A stretch of DNA of 64,000 nucleotides from Camelus ferus (GCF_009834535.1 NC_045716.1:24614001-24678000); one strand, 5' to 3'; counted from the first letter of the stretch, positions 13,620 through 25,677 are shown. A program made the numbers and translations. Notes: generated by a model not told the origin, from the sequence alone.

Positions 13620-14700
13620 ACGAAGTCAATTTAGGGCGGGGAGCCCAGATCTCAGCCTAGCGGGCGGCCCCCGGCCCGGGCTCCGCGCTGCCCCCTCGTG
13701 GTCACCTCTGCGGCCTCGGCTTCCCACGGTCCAGCTCCCGAGCCCCAGGTCTTACACCCACCCCCTTCTTCACCTCCTTCCAGTCCCCTCCCCTTCCTCC
13801 CAGCAGCATCCCCTTCCTCTTCGTCCCCTTCCCCCAGCTGCCCCGGCTCGGATGAAGGGGCGCCGCTCCATCTGCACCCAGAAGTCCGGGGCTGGGCTGG
13901 GGAAGAGGTGCAACTTCTCACCGCAGTCTCCCTTCCAGCCCTGATGCCCCCCAGAGTCCACGCGTCTCTTCTTCCCCCTCACCTCCTCGTCCGGGACGCG
14001 GCCGACTGCGCTTTCACCGAGCCCGCCAGTTTGGTCCTGTTTCCTTCTCTAGTTAAGACTCCCTGTCACTGACGGTTACTTTTTGGCCTTTTCATATATG
14101 CATATTTTGGGGGCCTTTAACCCCCCCTCGTGGAGAAATGGAGGCAACAAAATGGCGGACCCGGAAGCGAAGACAGCGAATATAATTTCTGGCGGAGGAA
14201 TCTATGAAGAGAAAATGATTAGAAAATCCACATTTCCATTAGAACAAAAGGGTTATACACTTCTCAGTCTCATCTCTATCTTTCGAAGGCCCTCTGAGAT
14301 GAAATAGTGTATCTCCCAGACATTTTAGGCAGGACTATTTAGCGAGGCGGAGGATTATCGATTACGTGTCTTACGTGTCGTGTAGTCCCGGTAGGGGACG
14401 GACCCGAAGGTTTGTTTTGGCGCCAAGAATCCGGAGGACTGCTGAGGAGAAATCGGATTCAGCAGAGGTCCTGCACCGTTTTGCTTGCTTCTGGGGGGCA
14501 AGCCTTAGGGTTGATGAGAAAACTTGTTTTCCAGTCCCCACCTCGGGTGAAGATATTTGCGACGTTCCTGGCTTTGCGTGTGAACTGAGCTCTGGTACCC
14601 GGAGGACCTATGTCTAGTTGCAGTGTGAATGTGCGGACCCCAGAGCCAAGCTGTCAGCGCGAGCAATGAAACAAACAAGGAAGTGATTTCCCTGTGGGGG
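13620..14700 (-). promoter_or_regulatory. GABPB2: GABPB2 CpG-island promoter and non-coding first exon (candidate donor GCG|GTGAGA at 13921)
   Basis: CpG-dense GC-rich stretch 3.3 kb upstream of the ATG exon; YY1-type AAAATGGCGG 14149-14158 next to ETS CCGGAAGC 14161-14168; exon-1 limits inferred. Confidence 0.75.
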
Positions 14701-16386
14701 CCTGAAAGAGCACGGAGTAGGAGTTTGCAAATCCATTTAGGCACTTTATTTACCAGTTGGTAACCATCACCACTATTCGCCATGAACTTTAGGACATGAA
14801 CATGCTCTTTAGGTCAGCGAGAAGACCTTAAAAAAAATCGAGAAGGACACGTTACTGCTCCATTCTTTATTTGATTTAGGCTTTTGTCGTTGATGGTGGG
14901 CCTTTCAACACCTACGGGGTGTTGAACAACACCCCCTTTTCTGGACTTCTCTAGATCCTGTTCATGTTCTTCAGGGGACTTAACAGCATACTGCCAAACT
15001 GGTATTTATGGCATCCGTTTTTAAGTTTGAGGGTCAAAATCTTGTCTCACTCTTGTTTACATCCACTTAGTTGTCTGGTTCAGTGTCTTTCATATAGTAG
15101 GATTTCATAAACTATTTGTCAATTAATCCAATTTTTTTTAATTTAATGAGGCGAGTTATAAACTAAGCAGATAACATACTTTAGTTAATTCGTTTATTTT
15201 CTTAGGCACCAAGGCTGAGATAATGAAGGGCAGATTTACTGCCATCTAGAACTATTACCTCAAATATGTTGGTAGTCAATGGGCAAGCACAAGTGGTTGG
15301 TTACAGCTTTCTCCCGAAATACTTTAATTTTAAGTTGATTTCACCCGTTTTTCCTGTTGCTTATCTGTTCAACCTGAAGTTCATCATTTTAATGTGTAAA
15401 GGCTACTCAAATCCTTCTTCCTCAAAACTGAGTATTAGAAAGATAAAATACATAAGCTGAAAGTGAAAGCAAGGCTAATTGTTGAAATGTACACTCCTCC
15501 CCTGTGAAGAGAAAACTAGAATCCAGGTCTGGGATTGAATGTCTTTATTAAAGAAGTGATTAAATGGCAGCACAAATCAGCAGCAGTAATTTTGGAAGGA
15601 CTGGGGACAAGGTGTAGGGTCAGTGTGATTGTTCATTTCTCTGGTTTCAAGGTAGCTGAGGAAATGTGCCTGAGGCCCATTGATTAGTATTCTACACTGC
15701 AAATGCAGGAGGGCAAAACTAAAACACTACAACCAAATCCTATGCTTTTTAAAAACTGAATAAAACCTTACAAATTATCATAATAGTCAGCAAGACTGCA
15801 TCTTAATATTTGAAATCCGAGTGATTTTCCTCTGCTAGAGTTTTCAACCCACAGAAGAAAATTTGTAAAGTGAGTAGGCTTGAAGAAGGAACACTTTTGT
15901 GAGAGAGGGTGCCTATTTCTGACATGATTCAATGCTTTCCTTTATTGTCATTTCCCATGATGTATTATTTCCTCTTGTTTTATACCTTGAACTACCCCTT
16001 TCTCTGAGAAAAAGTGTATTACAAGAAGTAGAATTAAAAAAATGAGTCTTATCACCTTAGCATTTTAGAAATCCTACAGTATCCCACAGTCTTGTAGCAG
16101 ATAATCTCAAATTAAAAACTACAAGGTTTTCACCAACCCTTGAAGAAATATTTGTTCACAAGCCTGGAGCAAGAAATTAGGAAGGTTTGAGCAATCTCTG
16201 AAGCTGTTCAAAAAGAAGTAAAAAAAATCAGTCCTCCATTTTCACTACTATACCGCTCTCGGGTGCCCTCACCAGGCCTGTTTTCTGGAATTAACATCTG
16301 GAGGAGGGAAAGGAGGACTCCCTGTGATCCAATACTCCATTGCTTGAACCCTTTACTTTGTGGCTTGAGGGCTTTTGAGAGAAACT

Positions 16387-16493
16387 GATAGATAGACAGA
16401 TAATAAATAAACAAACAAACAAACAAATAAATAAATAAATAAATTAGTAAGTAAATAAATAAATAAATAAATAAACCGACCAACCAACCAACC
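16387..16493. repeat. Compound (GATA)/(AAAC)/(TAAA)/(CCAA) microsatellite in the MLLT11 3'UTR
   Basis: Directly visible tandem arrays. Confidence 0.93.
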
Positions 16494-16629
16494 ACAATTC
16501 TGGCAGATTCATCAGCACCACCTCAACACAATAGAGGGGAGAGAGCAAGATTAATAGGGGAAAAGTGTGGAAAGTAAGGGGCTTGAAAGGGCAGACAATG
16601 AGGGCAAGGTGGCGGGAGAGGTCTTGGGC

Positions 16630-16902
16630 TTAGAGCAAGTCCAATTCGAAGGAGTGGATGCTGGCAATGGGCGCTCTCCAAAAGTTGAAGGTGCTGTACT
16701 CAAGGAGGGCATCGCCGTCAGGGCTTTTCTCCTGTTCTGCTCCAGTTGCTTGCCCGGTCATTTTGCCAACGCTGCTGTCCTTGATCTTGTAGGTGGGTGT
16801 ATCTGACAGACCCAGGCCTTCCAGCTCCGACAGATCCAGTTCTGGAATGGGCATCCTCCAGAAAAGAAAGGAGCTGTACTGGCTACTCACAGGGTCCCTC
16901 AT
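16630..16902 (-). CDS. MLLT11: MLLT11 (AF1q), single coding exon, 90 aa
   Basis: ORF MRDPVSSQYSSFLFWRMPIPELDL...FELDLL*; acceptor tttttag|GAAGTT ATG, exon starts at 16908. Confidence 0.97.
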   Translation of the reverse strand: MRDPVSSQYSSFLFWRMPIPELDLSELEGLGLSDTPTYKIKDSSVGKMTGQATGAEQEKSPDGDALLEYSTFNFWRAPIASIHSFELDLL

Positions 16903-19900
16903 AACTTCCTAAAAAGAAACCACTTGTCAGTCTTCATGCTATAGCCACCTGTTTGTGGCCCATGGCCTTTCCTTACTGAGAAATTTTATATCCCATTTGC
17001 CCCTGTACATAACCCAAATTCCCTAGGACAAGATTCAGGAACTCTTCCTCTATTACTGCTTTCAACCATTTGCTAACTCCTCCCCATCTTGGAATGACTT
17101 ATTTACTGCCTGCTGCTTGGGTCTGGTTTTATGGCTTCCAGAATCTGGCTCCATTCTTCCTAGCAGTAGTACATCCTGTGCTACAGCTACGCTCATTCAT
17201 GTCTTGCTTAACTCTCTCCACTCTCCATCTTAAAATAGTACCCAAGTTTCAAGACTCCATTCAAGTCCTTAGAGGGATCTTTCCCCTGAACTCATATGTC
17301 AAAGACTTGATTTCTTCCTGCCTTTAGATTAGTAGGTCATGGTACCGCTGCAAAGGGCTGCTATAACATTTCTGCTTACTGTTTTCCTCCCTGCTTTCTA
17401 AACCCACTATAAACTCCCCTCTTCCAGGAGGACATCCTTACTTACATCCTTACTCAGCTCCATCTACCCTATTTTTTCCAGCATCTCCCCCAACACCTGT
17501 ATAATTTTACCTGACTGTATCAGTTTGGGGTTACAGATCACTATTATGTGTTTTGTATAGAGATAATCTTATCTTCTTCAAGGGGCTGAGAGTTTCCCCA
17601 AGAGTGAAAACCAGTCTGCATTGTACCTTCTTCACAAGTGCTAGGCTTTGCAAACCAAAGACATTCAAGGCTGCTGATTAATTTTCCCTCACTATTTAAT
17701 ACAATGAATACCTTGCCACTACCATTTATAAGCCCACAAATAAACCTTAACAGCCTATTTCTCTCTAGCCTACCTCTCCTTCAGAACAAAATCCAGGTGC
17801 TAAAAGAATTTTCCTATGCTATAGCAGGATCTCTTTTCTCTGATCTCAATGCTAGAATAACCTGATGATAGAGCAAATGGATTGGAAATTTCAGATAAGG
17901 AAAGTATAGATTGGAAGAAGAAAGTCTTTTAATAGAATTAGGTACTTTTCTATATTTTGATGAATACTTCTATCAACTTTGCTCGTCCCACCCACACCCT
18001 GATGTTAGACTATTCTACCTCCCTGCAGCCTCCATCCAGCTGCTTACTAGCCAAAAGAAGGGACAAGAAGCATTAGTTGAAATGTTCCCGAAGGAGCAGA
18101 AAGAACATTCCACTACCTCCAAAAATAGAACCCATCTCAAAAGGCTGTCCTCCAGCACACTCCAGTGGCTCTCACCAGGCCTTGAAGCTCCTAAACAGTG
18201 GCCTTAAAGAGGTTCCAAAATGCCCCTAAATAATGTGGCAGGAAGAGTAGACTTTAATCTAGAACACGGTCACGTGTGAGTGTAGGGGCTTTAGGAATGC
18301 TGAGTGGGTAGACTAGGATGTTTTTAATGTTAAAAGTGGATTCTGAGTTGCTTTCTTCTTAGGTTCAGGCTCCAAAATAAACCCTGGGAACTGACTCAGC
18401 AGAGAAGCTGCTTGGAAGGAGAGTGATTTGGGGACTGGAACAGGGTGGGGGAGCATGTTGGAAAGGTGAGGTCATCGTTCCGTGATCTTCAGCCCTGATC
18501 ATCTCCACAGTAATTTGCAGAGGTATGTGCACAGAAAGCTACAAAAAATGTCCCTATCAACCAACCAAACAACTCTGGCTTAGGTCTGGGACTACTGAGA
18601 TCCTAAGGAGCAAACCTTAGGAACCAACAGTGTTGTTGACGTCTTCTTAAGGGATTTTTTTTTAAAACTAATTGCCATTTTTGTCTACCTAGCTGGCTTC
18701 TTTTACATCCCCTCCCTTACCAATCCCCTCCAGAGTGAGCTTAATAAAATGCTGGGCATGTAATAGACTCTTTAAAAAATGGAATCATAGGGAGAAAAAA
18801 AAAAATCATAGAATTTTAAAACTAGAAAACATCTTAGAAATTATCCAGCCAGTTTGGATAGTGTCTCCTAAGCCCCAGTTTGGTCCTTTTTTGATGTGTT
18901 GTACATAGATAGTTGCCTGCAGTTTTATATAATCTTATACCAATATTTTCAAAATTTGCAAGAATTCTTAGTTCCTGAAGAATAGATATTCAGTGGGTTA
19001 GGTGTTGATTGTTCCTGTGATTCTGATCTGAATAGTGAAATTGCAAAAGGCAGAAGAGAGCAGGCTGGGATTGAGCAAAGGAAAAATCTCTTTGACAAAC
19101 TGACTCCTTTTCTTACATCCAGCTATGTATAAAAACTGCCCAAACAATTCTGAATATCTGACAGAACTTCTCTTGCAATTAAAAAAGCTAAAGGAAATTT
19201 TACAAAATATTAACTCAAAGACATGCACCGAATACCAAATGCATTTCAGAAAGGCACTCAATCAAGCATATATGTCATTTAATATCAAATTAAGGACGCT
19301 GACTATACAGAAAATTGAAGCTAAAAATACCCTTTACATTAGTAGTGAAAATTTTAAATTTAATATAGTATGGATTTAATTCCCAAGTACCCAAATTTTA
19401 CGCAAAGTCCCTTTTCAATTAGCTTTCTCTTCCCCAAATATTCTCTACCCGTACCTCATCTATCTTTATATCTCTCATTTACTTATCTTAAAGGACTCGG
19501 ACAGTGACTTGTGCCACAATATATGCTCAATAAATGCTTCCCACTTTATTCACTTTAAATTATTCAGATATTTTAGGCAAAGGTAATTTCTTTATAAATA
19601 TCATTGTCTATTCTTAGAGAGACACAATTAGCAAATACATAGTATCAGGTGGCTTTCTCTGAGCCACACAGACACACCCAAATACGCTTTGTCCAGACCC
19701 TCTGTGGGAAATTCGGGGCCTACCCAACAGGGCCTTGCTGTGTCATGCTGCCATCATAGAGGGGAAGGACAAGGGATGGTGGTGGAGGGGAATAGAACCT
19801 CTCGGGCATCTCATTATATGTGTCTCATTCTGGGCTTGGATTTTCCTGTTAGCCATGTCCTTCCCCCACGTATTACACTGAGCTGCAAATAAGCCTTTCT

Positions 19901-20616
19901 TTTCCAGAATCTGCCCCCATACCTAGCTCTTGTTGTCTGTACTGATTTCAATATGGAATCAGGCAGTTCTCCAGCACAGAGGCCCCTACCTTCATACCTC
20001 AAGCTGCCCCTTTTTTTGGAGCAAAGGTTTGACAATGGGAGGAGACTGTTCAAAGAAAGGTCAAGATTAATCTCAATATTATTGAATATCTCTCCCCCTA
20101 AACTCCTTCCTACAGAGACAAATAAGTTTGGAGTGAGGGTAGACACATCAATGGAACATGACAGAAAAAAAATGGAAATATAGGGAAGTAGAGGCTAGAG
20201 CGACCCAGTAGGACTATAGATTCATCAAAAATCTGGTAGAACATCAATAAAACATGTTAAAAAAAAAACTGGTAGAACAAATTACGGCTTGAGAAGGAAG
20301 ATATAGATAACTAGACTGAAGATAATAAAATACACAGGACAATAAATTATAGGCCAATTGATAACTGAAATAAAGGAGATAAATGCTGAAAAATGATAAC
20401 TACATGTAAATTATTAGAAATTAACGTCTGTGTGAAGGATTGTAAGGCATGGATGGAGACCTTAGCAGAGATGTGAAACGCTGAACAAGTAACTACCCAT
20501 TGTTCACAGCGCTGCCTTCTCTCCTCTTGAACTGTACCCCAACCTCACCCTCATTTGGGGTCTTCAGCCTCTTCTATCTTTGCAGCCCCCTGCCCCCCTC
20601 CCTCAGTTTAGTTTAC

Positions 20617-20954
20617 CTGTTACCAGTGAATTACTAGCGTGTTCCAAAGATGCAGGGAGTACCTCAGGGCTCCGCTGTCTGCTCTGGGCTGGAGAAAAAG
20701 AGCGACTGGGGCTTTGACGGCTTTGTCTTCTCCCTCTCTCTTCAGTGACTGAGTCAGTCTGCTCAGCCTCCCCCTGCAATGCAGCCCCTCCTAAGAAGGG
20801 CGGAAGGACTCCCCGCCCCCTCCCTGCCTGACTCGGCTAATTCAAATGATAGGTTCCAGAACACTTCGGGCAGGGAGACAGGATTAAAGCATCTCCGTAG
20901 GCTTATTGGTCTGCACTATGATTCCCGAGCTCTTCCATCAGTACCATGCTGACT
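20617..20954 (-). other. MLLT11: MLLT11 non-coding exon 1 (5'UTR)
   Basis: Donor TAACAG|GTAAAC at 20616; sequence resembles the human AF1q 5'UTR as recalled (...catctttggaacacg...taacag|gaagctATG); 5' limit approximate. Confidence 0.8.
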
Positions 20955-21960
20955 GAGGGTGCAAATGAACGAGCAGTTAATTGTCCTTTAATTTTAGGCT
21001 TTATGGGTTTATGGATTAAAAATCTTAACTGTAGACAGTGATGGAAGAGTGTTCCTTTATTCCCCAATTTAAGAATTTCAGGTTACGAAGTGGTTTTGAG
21101 AATCAGAAAAATTCTCCATCTCTCCGTTCAATCCTTACTCCTCCCAGTTCACCTCCCTACCCTCGCAATGGGTAAACCTAGTCCTTTTCCATTTGGGGTA
21201 GAGCACAAGAAGGCTGGGGGCTGTGTGTGCTTCTCCGAATCTTTGAACTTGGTTGGGGCCGGGGGTTTGGGGGCTCCGCTTCCTTTGCCCCGCAACGCCT
21301 GGCGCGCCAGGGGAGCGCGCGATTCGGGGTGGGGGGCGGCTAGCTGGGGTGCCTGGCCCTCCACGGGGACCCACTCTCCCGGGTCCTCCCAGCAGGGGCT
21401 GCGGCCTCGGGGGGCCCCTCCCACGTCCCTCCGGCGCGCAGCGCCGCCTCCGGCCGCAGGCGAGCGGTGCGTCGGGCTCCCAGCCGGACGGCTTTCGTAA
21501 GCGCGTCGCGGCCGTTTCCGCCCTCGGCCAGCCCCACCTCTGCCGGCGCGCCCTCGGCTTCCCCACCGCGCCGAGGAGCGAGCCCGGGAGCCCCACTCTG
21601 GCGGGCGCCAGGCAGGAGCCCCCCCACACCAGCTGTCGCCGGACGCCTTGATGTCGGAGCAGAGCAGGTGACGCCTTGGAGTCGGTCCCTCGGCCCGTGC
21701 GCCCCGCCTGCCCAGCCAGGCGGAGACGCACCGGATGCTGGGGGTGGGGAGGGAGGGTGTCCAGGGCTGTCGAGATGCTGGGCCGGTGGCAGAGGGGTGC
21801 GCTCCGTGAGTAATCATGCCCCTCCGCTCCCGGGCGTGCGAGGGTGAGGCCGCCGAAGAGTAGAAGGGAAAGAGGGTCTGGAGTGTTGGGGGAAGCTGGG
21901 AGGGGGAGAAGGTCCCTTTTGAGACTCACCGACCTCGGTGGGGCGTGTGCCAACAAACTG
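20880..21960. promoter_or_regulatory. Head-to-head MLLT11/CDC42SE1 promoter and CpG island; CDC42SE1 non-coding exon 1 ends at candidate donor CC|GTGAGT (21806)
   Basis: CpG island about 21250-21900; ATTGG (CCAAT on minus strand) near 20905; divergent gene orientation. Confidence 0.75.
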
Positions 21961-24900
21961 AAGCAGAGCTGGTCCGGGAAGGTCTAAATCAGAGCCAGGC
22001 AGCCACGGAAGACAGTGACAAAGTCCGAAAGATTTACAGAGAAGTCTCAATCCCAGTTCAACCTTGGGAAGGGCAGAGAGTTTCTGGGTAGATTTGGGGG
22101 GTGGGCAGAAATGGAGTCTATGTGACTGAATATACTGGGGAGGGAGAGGTTAGGCCTAGCTCTGTTTCCTCTTAAGCCTCTACAAGACCTTTCCTGGGGA
22201 AGGGCACGTTGGTCCTGGGGCAAATGCCTGTCACTTGACTGAAACGTGGGGTCCACCCCCACTTCTCTAGAGCCCCGCAGCAGCCCTCCACGTCTGGAGG
22301 TCTCCACCGGGGACCAGCTGCAGCCCTGGGCGCATAGCCAGGATTGCCCACTCCATTCTCTCAATTCTCTTTCTCTCCAGCTGCTTCTTGTGAAGGCTTG
22401 TCAGGCAGCGGGTTGGAGGCCTTGGGGCTGGAGGCAGCGGGACCGGGAGAACCGGTTTGGGGCTCGAACAGGACCAGGGAACTGCCTCTGTACATCCTTC
22501 CTCCCTGGAACCTTTCTCCCGGCCGTTCTCCTGCTCACTCCCCAGTAGTTTTAAAGCTCTTAAGCCCCATTATGACCTTGGTGTCTCTCCCAGCTCTGTA
22601 TTTCACCCTTCCTTTTTGGGACTCGGGCCCAGTTCTCAGCACTACTTGGCTGTCAGGATATGGCCTTATAGCGTCTAATCCTGATCCCTCCTGCTGTTTA
22701 CCCTGCCCCTTCCCCTTCACTGAGGGGTGGGTAGTGGGTTCAGGACTTCGTTTTTCCTCAACCCACTTTTGTCTAGATATTTTAAAGGAGAGTGGCAGCC
22801 AATCACCCTTACTTCCTTTCCGGGCCTTGTTCCCCTCCTCCCTCACCACCACCACCTTCACCCTGCCCAGTCTTCTCCTCATGCTGACCCCACCCCCAAG
22901 TTTCAGAGACCCTTATGTCCTGTGTCCTGGGGAATGGAATTTCCTGGTCACTTCTCATCATCATTGGTCATTTCATGCCAAGTCTCCCCCCCACACACTT
23001 TCCCTCCACCCAGCTCTGGCCAGGTCCCTGGAAAAGGAACAGAAACGTCCTTGTTCCCTTCACTGCCCCTTTCCCTCTCTCCCTTCTCGCTCTCTTCTCT
23101 CCTCTCCCCTCCCACCATCCGCTTCTGTCCACTCAGCTTTGAGCAAGGGGGGTGTTGAGGGAGAATCCAGTCTCAGAACAGCCTGTCTGGTAGTGTTGGG
23201 GGGTTTCCTCTGATTCTTCATTGTTTTCTTCAACCTTCCCACCCCACTAACCCTTACCACCCAATATCACCACCAGCACGACAAACCCTGTGACCGGCTG
23301 ACTTCCCCACTGACCACAGCTCCCCTCTCTGGACAGCTGTGTTCTGACTTCCGCCCTGTCTCATTACTCCTCCCCTCCAGTGGTGGGAAGGGAAGTAAGA
23401 GAAAGCCCAGGCTCCTGCGTCTTTCCCCCGCTGTATCTCAGTGTTTGTGTGATCTCATCTCAAGGCTGATTTTAAAAAAGCCTTCTCAGTTCTTAGATCA
23501 GTGTGGGGTGTCAGAGCATCAGGATTCCAGTCCTGGAGGGAGGGGAGATTCCTGTTCAGGCTAAAGTGTAATGTTCGTGAAACTGCCCTGTTTGGAATCT
23601 TTGAGGTTGCCTATTTTATGGGACTGGGGGAGTGCGGTGACAACTGAGGAAACCCATCTGTGCCCTGTGCTGGCTGGCAGTAATGAAAAGGCGAGGAAGT
23701 TCTTCCTTGGACACTAATGCTATTGGAAAATTCCTCGTGTCTGGTTGGCTGCTGAAGCTTGGGGTTGGAAATGGTGAGGGAAGAGACGACAGGTTACAGC
23801 ATGAGGGGAGGAGGAAGAGAGGGAGGACCAGGCCCTGTGGGGTGTGAGGCAGAGCAGAGCGGCACGATAGGACATGTGAAGAGGTGGGGAGGCCGGGAAA
23901 AGATTCCTCATGGGACAGAAGATACTGGCACATGTACCTACAGCCTGCTCACAGATGATCTATGCAGGACGCACACGCAGGGATGTGGCCATGCCACGTA
24001 TGTGCAGACAGGTGCACACACAAGAGTGCATTGATACAGAACACAGATAAACTGTGTATACAGCCCTCAGGAGGGATCTCAAGGTTAAATAATAAAGGAA
24101 CTGTTAAATGGCTTCTGGGAGGAGTTGGATCTTGGTTGAGGGAAATGAGGAGGAACAAGGGCAGGGAAGAGAGAGGGAAGCATTCCTCACTGCAGAGTCT
24201 TGAGTTCCGACCTGCTGCAGTCAGTCACCTAGAACCTAGGTAGTCAAGGCCTCTCTTGGTCTTAAAAAAAATCTAGGTGTTCAGGGTAAAGTAAGGAAAA
24301 AGGGAGGGTCAGGGGTGGAGTTCTTGTTTGTGAGACCGAAAAACCACCATTTCCTCTTCAGAGTCATTTAAATGTCCCTCCCCTTCTGCCCTGAACCCAG
24401 GGAGAAGGGAGGTGGAGCTGGTAGCACCCCGACACTTTGCTCATTTCTGCCGGTATCCTCTGGTCCCTTCCCATCCTCGCTCCAGCCCCAGCCCCGCTCA
24501 GCTCCAGTTGGTACCAGCAGCTGCTGCTTCTTAACCCCTTGGTGACCTTCTGGTTCTCTTCCTTTGTCTGAGAGTCAGGCTTTGAGGTGCTTATGTTCAG
24601 AGCAGGTTAGTGCTGGGTGTAGGACTAGGGCTTTTAAGGGAGAGCAGGAAGGTGTGGGCTCATCAGATGGCTTCTCAGGAGATGGGCAGGGGGTTCTTAT
24701 TAACCTTTCTTCTCTCTTTACTTTCTGCTCATCCAGGGTTCCAAGTCTGTGGAAGACATAACCTTGTGCCTGCCTGCCCACCCTACTCTCAGGATCTGAG
24801 ACACTGACCTTCACTGCTCAGCTCAGGGCTCCAAGGACTACTTTCTCCAGACCTGTCCAGCTGAGGCAACCCAGGGTGTTGTTAGAGCTGAGGGGAGTGA

Positions 24901-24979
24901 GGAGTGGGCGGTCACAGCACCAGAGCAGGAGCCCTCCAGGGCCTCAGGCAGAGGAGTGAAACTGGAACCATCAGGGAAC

Positions 24980-25033
24980 ATGAGTGAATTTTGGCACAAA
25001 CTGGGCTGCTGTGTGGTAGAGAAACCCCAGCCG
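24980..25033 (+). CDS. CDC42SE1: CDC42SE1 (SPEC1) coding exon 1
   Basis: ATG AGT GAA...CAG CCG|gtaagt; MSEFWHKLGCCVVEKPQP; candidate exon acceptors at 24736 or 24850. Confidence 0.96.
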
Positions 25034-25566
25034 GTAAGTGTCCCCAACCCCACCCCAAACACACAGAAACCAGGTACCAGACACTGTGAAGTAGACATGC
25101 CATCTAGGATCTGCCGTCCACAAAGCACGTTTCTTGCCTCCCTGTCTGTCAGGATGGCTTCTGTGGCCAGGCAGGTGTGTACATAGGATAAAGGGGACTG
25201 GGTGATGGAAGAAGTAAATGGTCCTAGCTGTCACCTCCTGTTCTTGTCCATTCTGAGTTGGGCAGGAGTTGTAGGTAGAGCTTAATACCTGCCAGTTTTT
25301 CCCATTGTTTCCTTATCAGCCAGAGGTGACTTTGACATGTCCTTTCTTGGTCCAGTCTTCCCTGTACAGGCCACTGCCCTTACCGCCCTTCCCTTTCTGC
25401 ATTTATGTTGTTCCGCTTTGTCCTTCATACCCTAGTGATTTCCCTATTACAATGCCCTGTCCCCTTTCCCACCAGGCCCTTAGCTCTTCCCTTAGTGGTT
25501 TTCAAGACTCTTTTCCCTGTGACTGGAGGAAGGGATTTCAGACATAACTCCATCTTCTCCAAGCAG

Positions 25567-25677
25567 AAGAAGAAGAGGAGACGGATTGACCGGACCATGA
25601 TTGGGGAACCAATGAATTTTGTCCACCTGACTCACATTGGCTCTGGGGAGATGGGGGCCGGAGATGGACTTGCCATG
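25567..25677 (+). CDS. CDC42SE1: CDC42SE1 coding exon 2 (basic tract and CRIB motif)
   Basis: cag|AAG AAG AAG...GCC ATG|gtaaca; [37 protein letters not shown]; 111 nt. Confidence 0.96.

Noticed and set aside
14904-14926. 9-bp perfect inverted repeat TTCAACACC-TACGG-GGTGTTGAA
   Set aside because: One such hairpin in 64 kb is within chance expectation, and there is no ncRNA context.
20938-20948. REST/RE1-like TCAGTACCATG at the MLLT11 start
   Set aside because: Only the left half matches; the GGACAG right half is absent, so an RE1 site cannot be supported from sequence.
21090-22364. Many overlapping 70-270 aa ORFs on both strands
   Set aside because: They lie in the GC-rich CpG island where stop codons are rare; the products are low-complexity Gly/Pro/Arg/Ala with no recognisable domain.
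22344-23213. 289-aa ORF in CDC42SE1 intron 1
   Set aside because: Pyrimidine-rich intronic sequence giving a Leu/Ser/Pro-biased product, with no family resemblance or supporting splice context.
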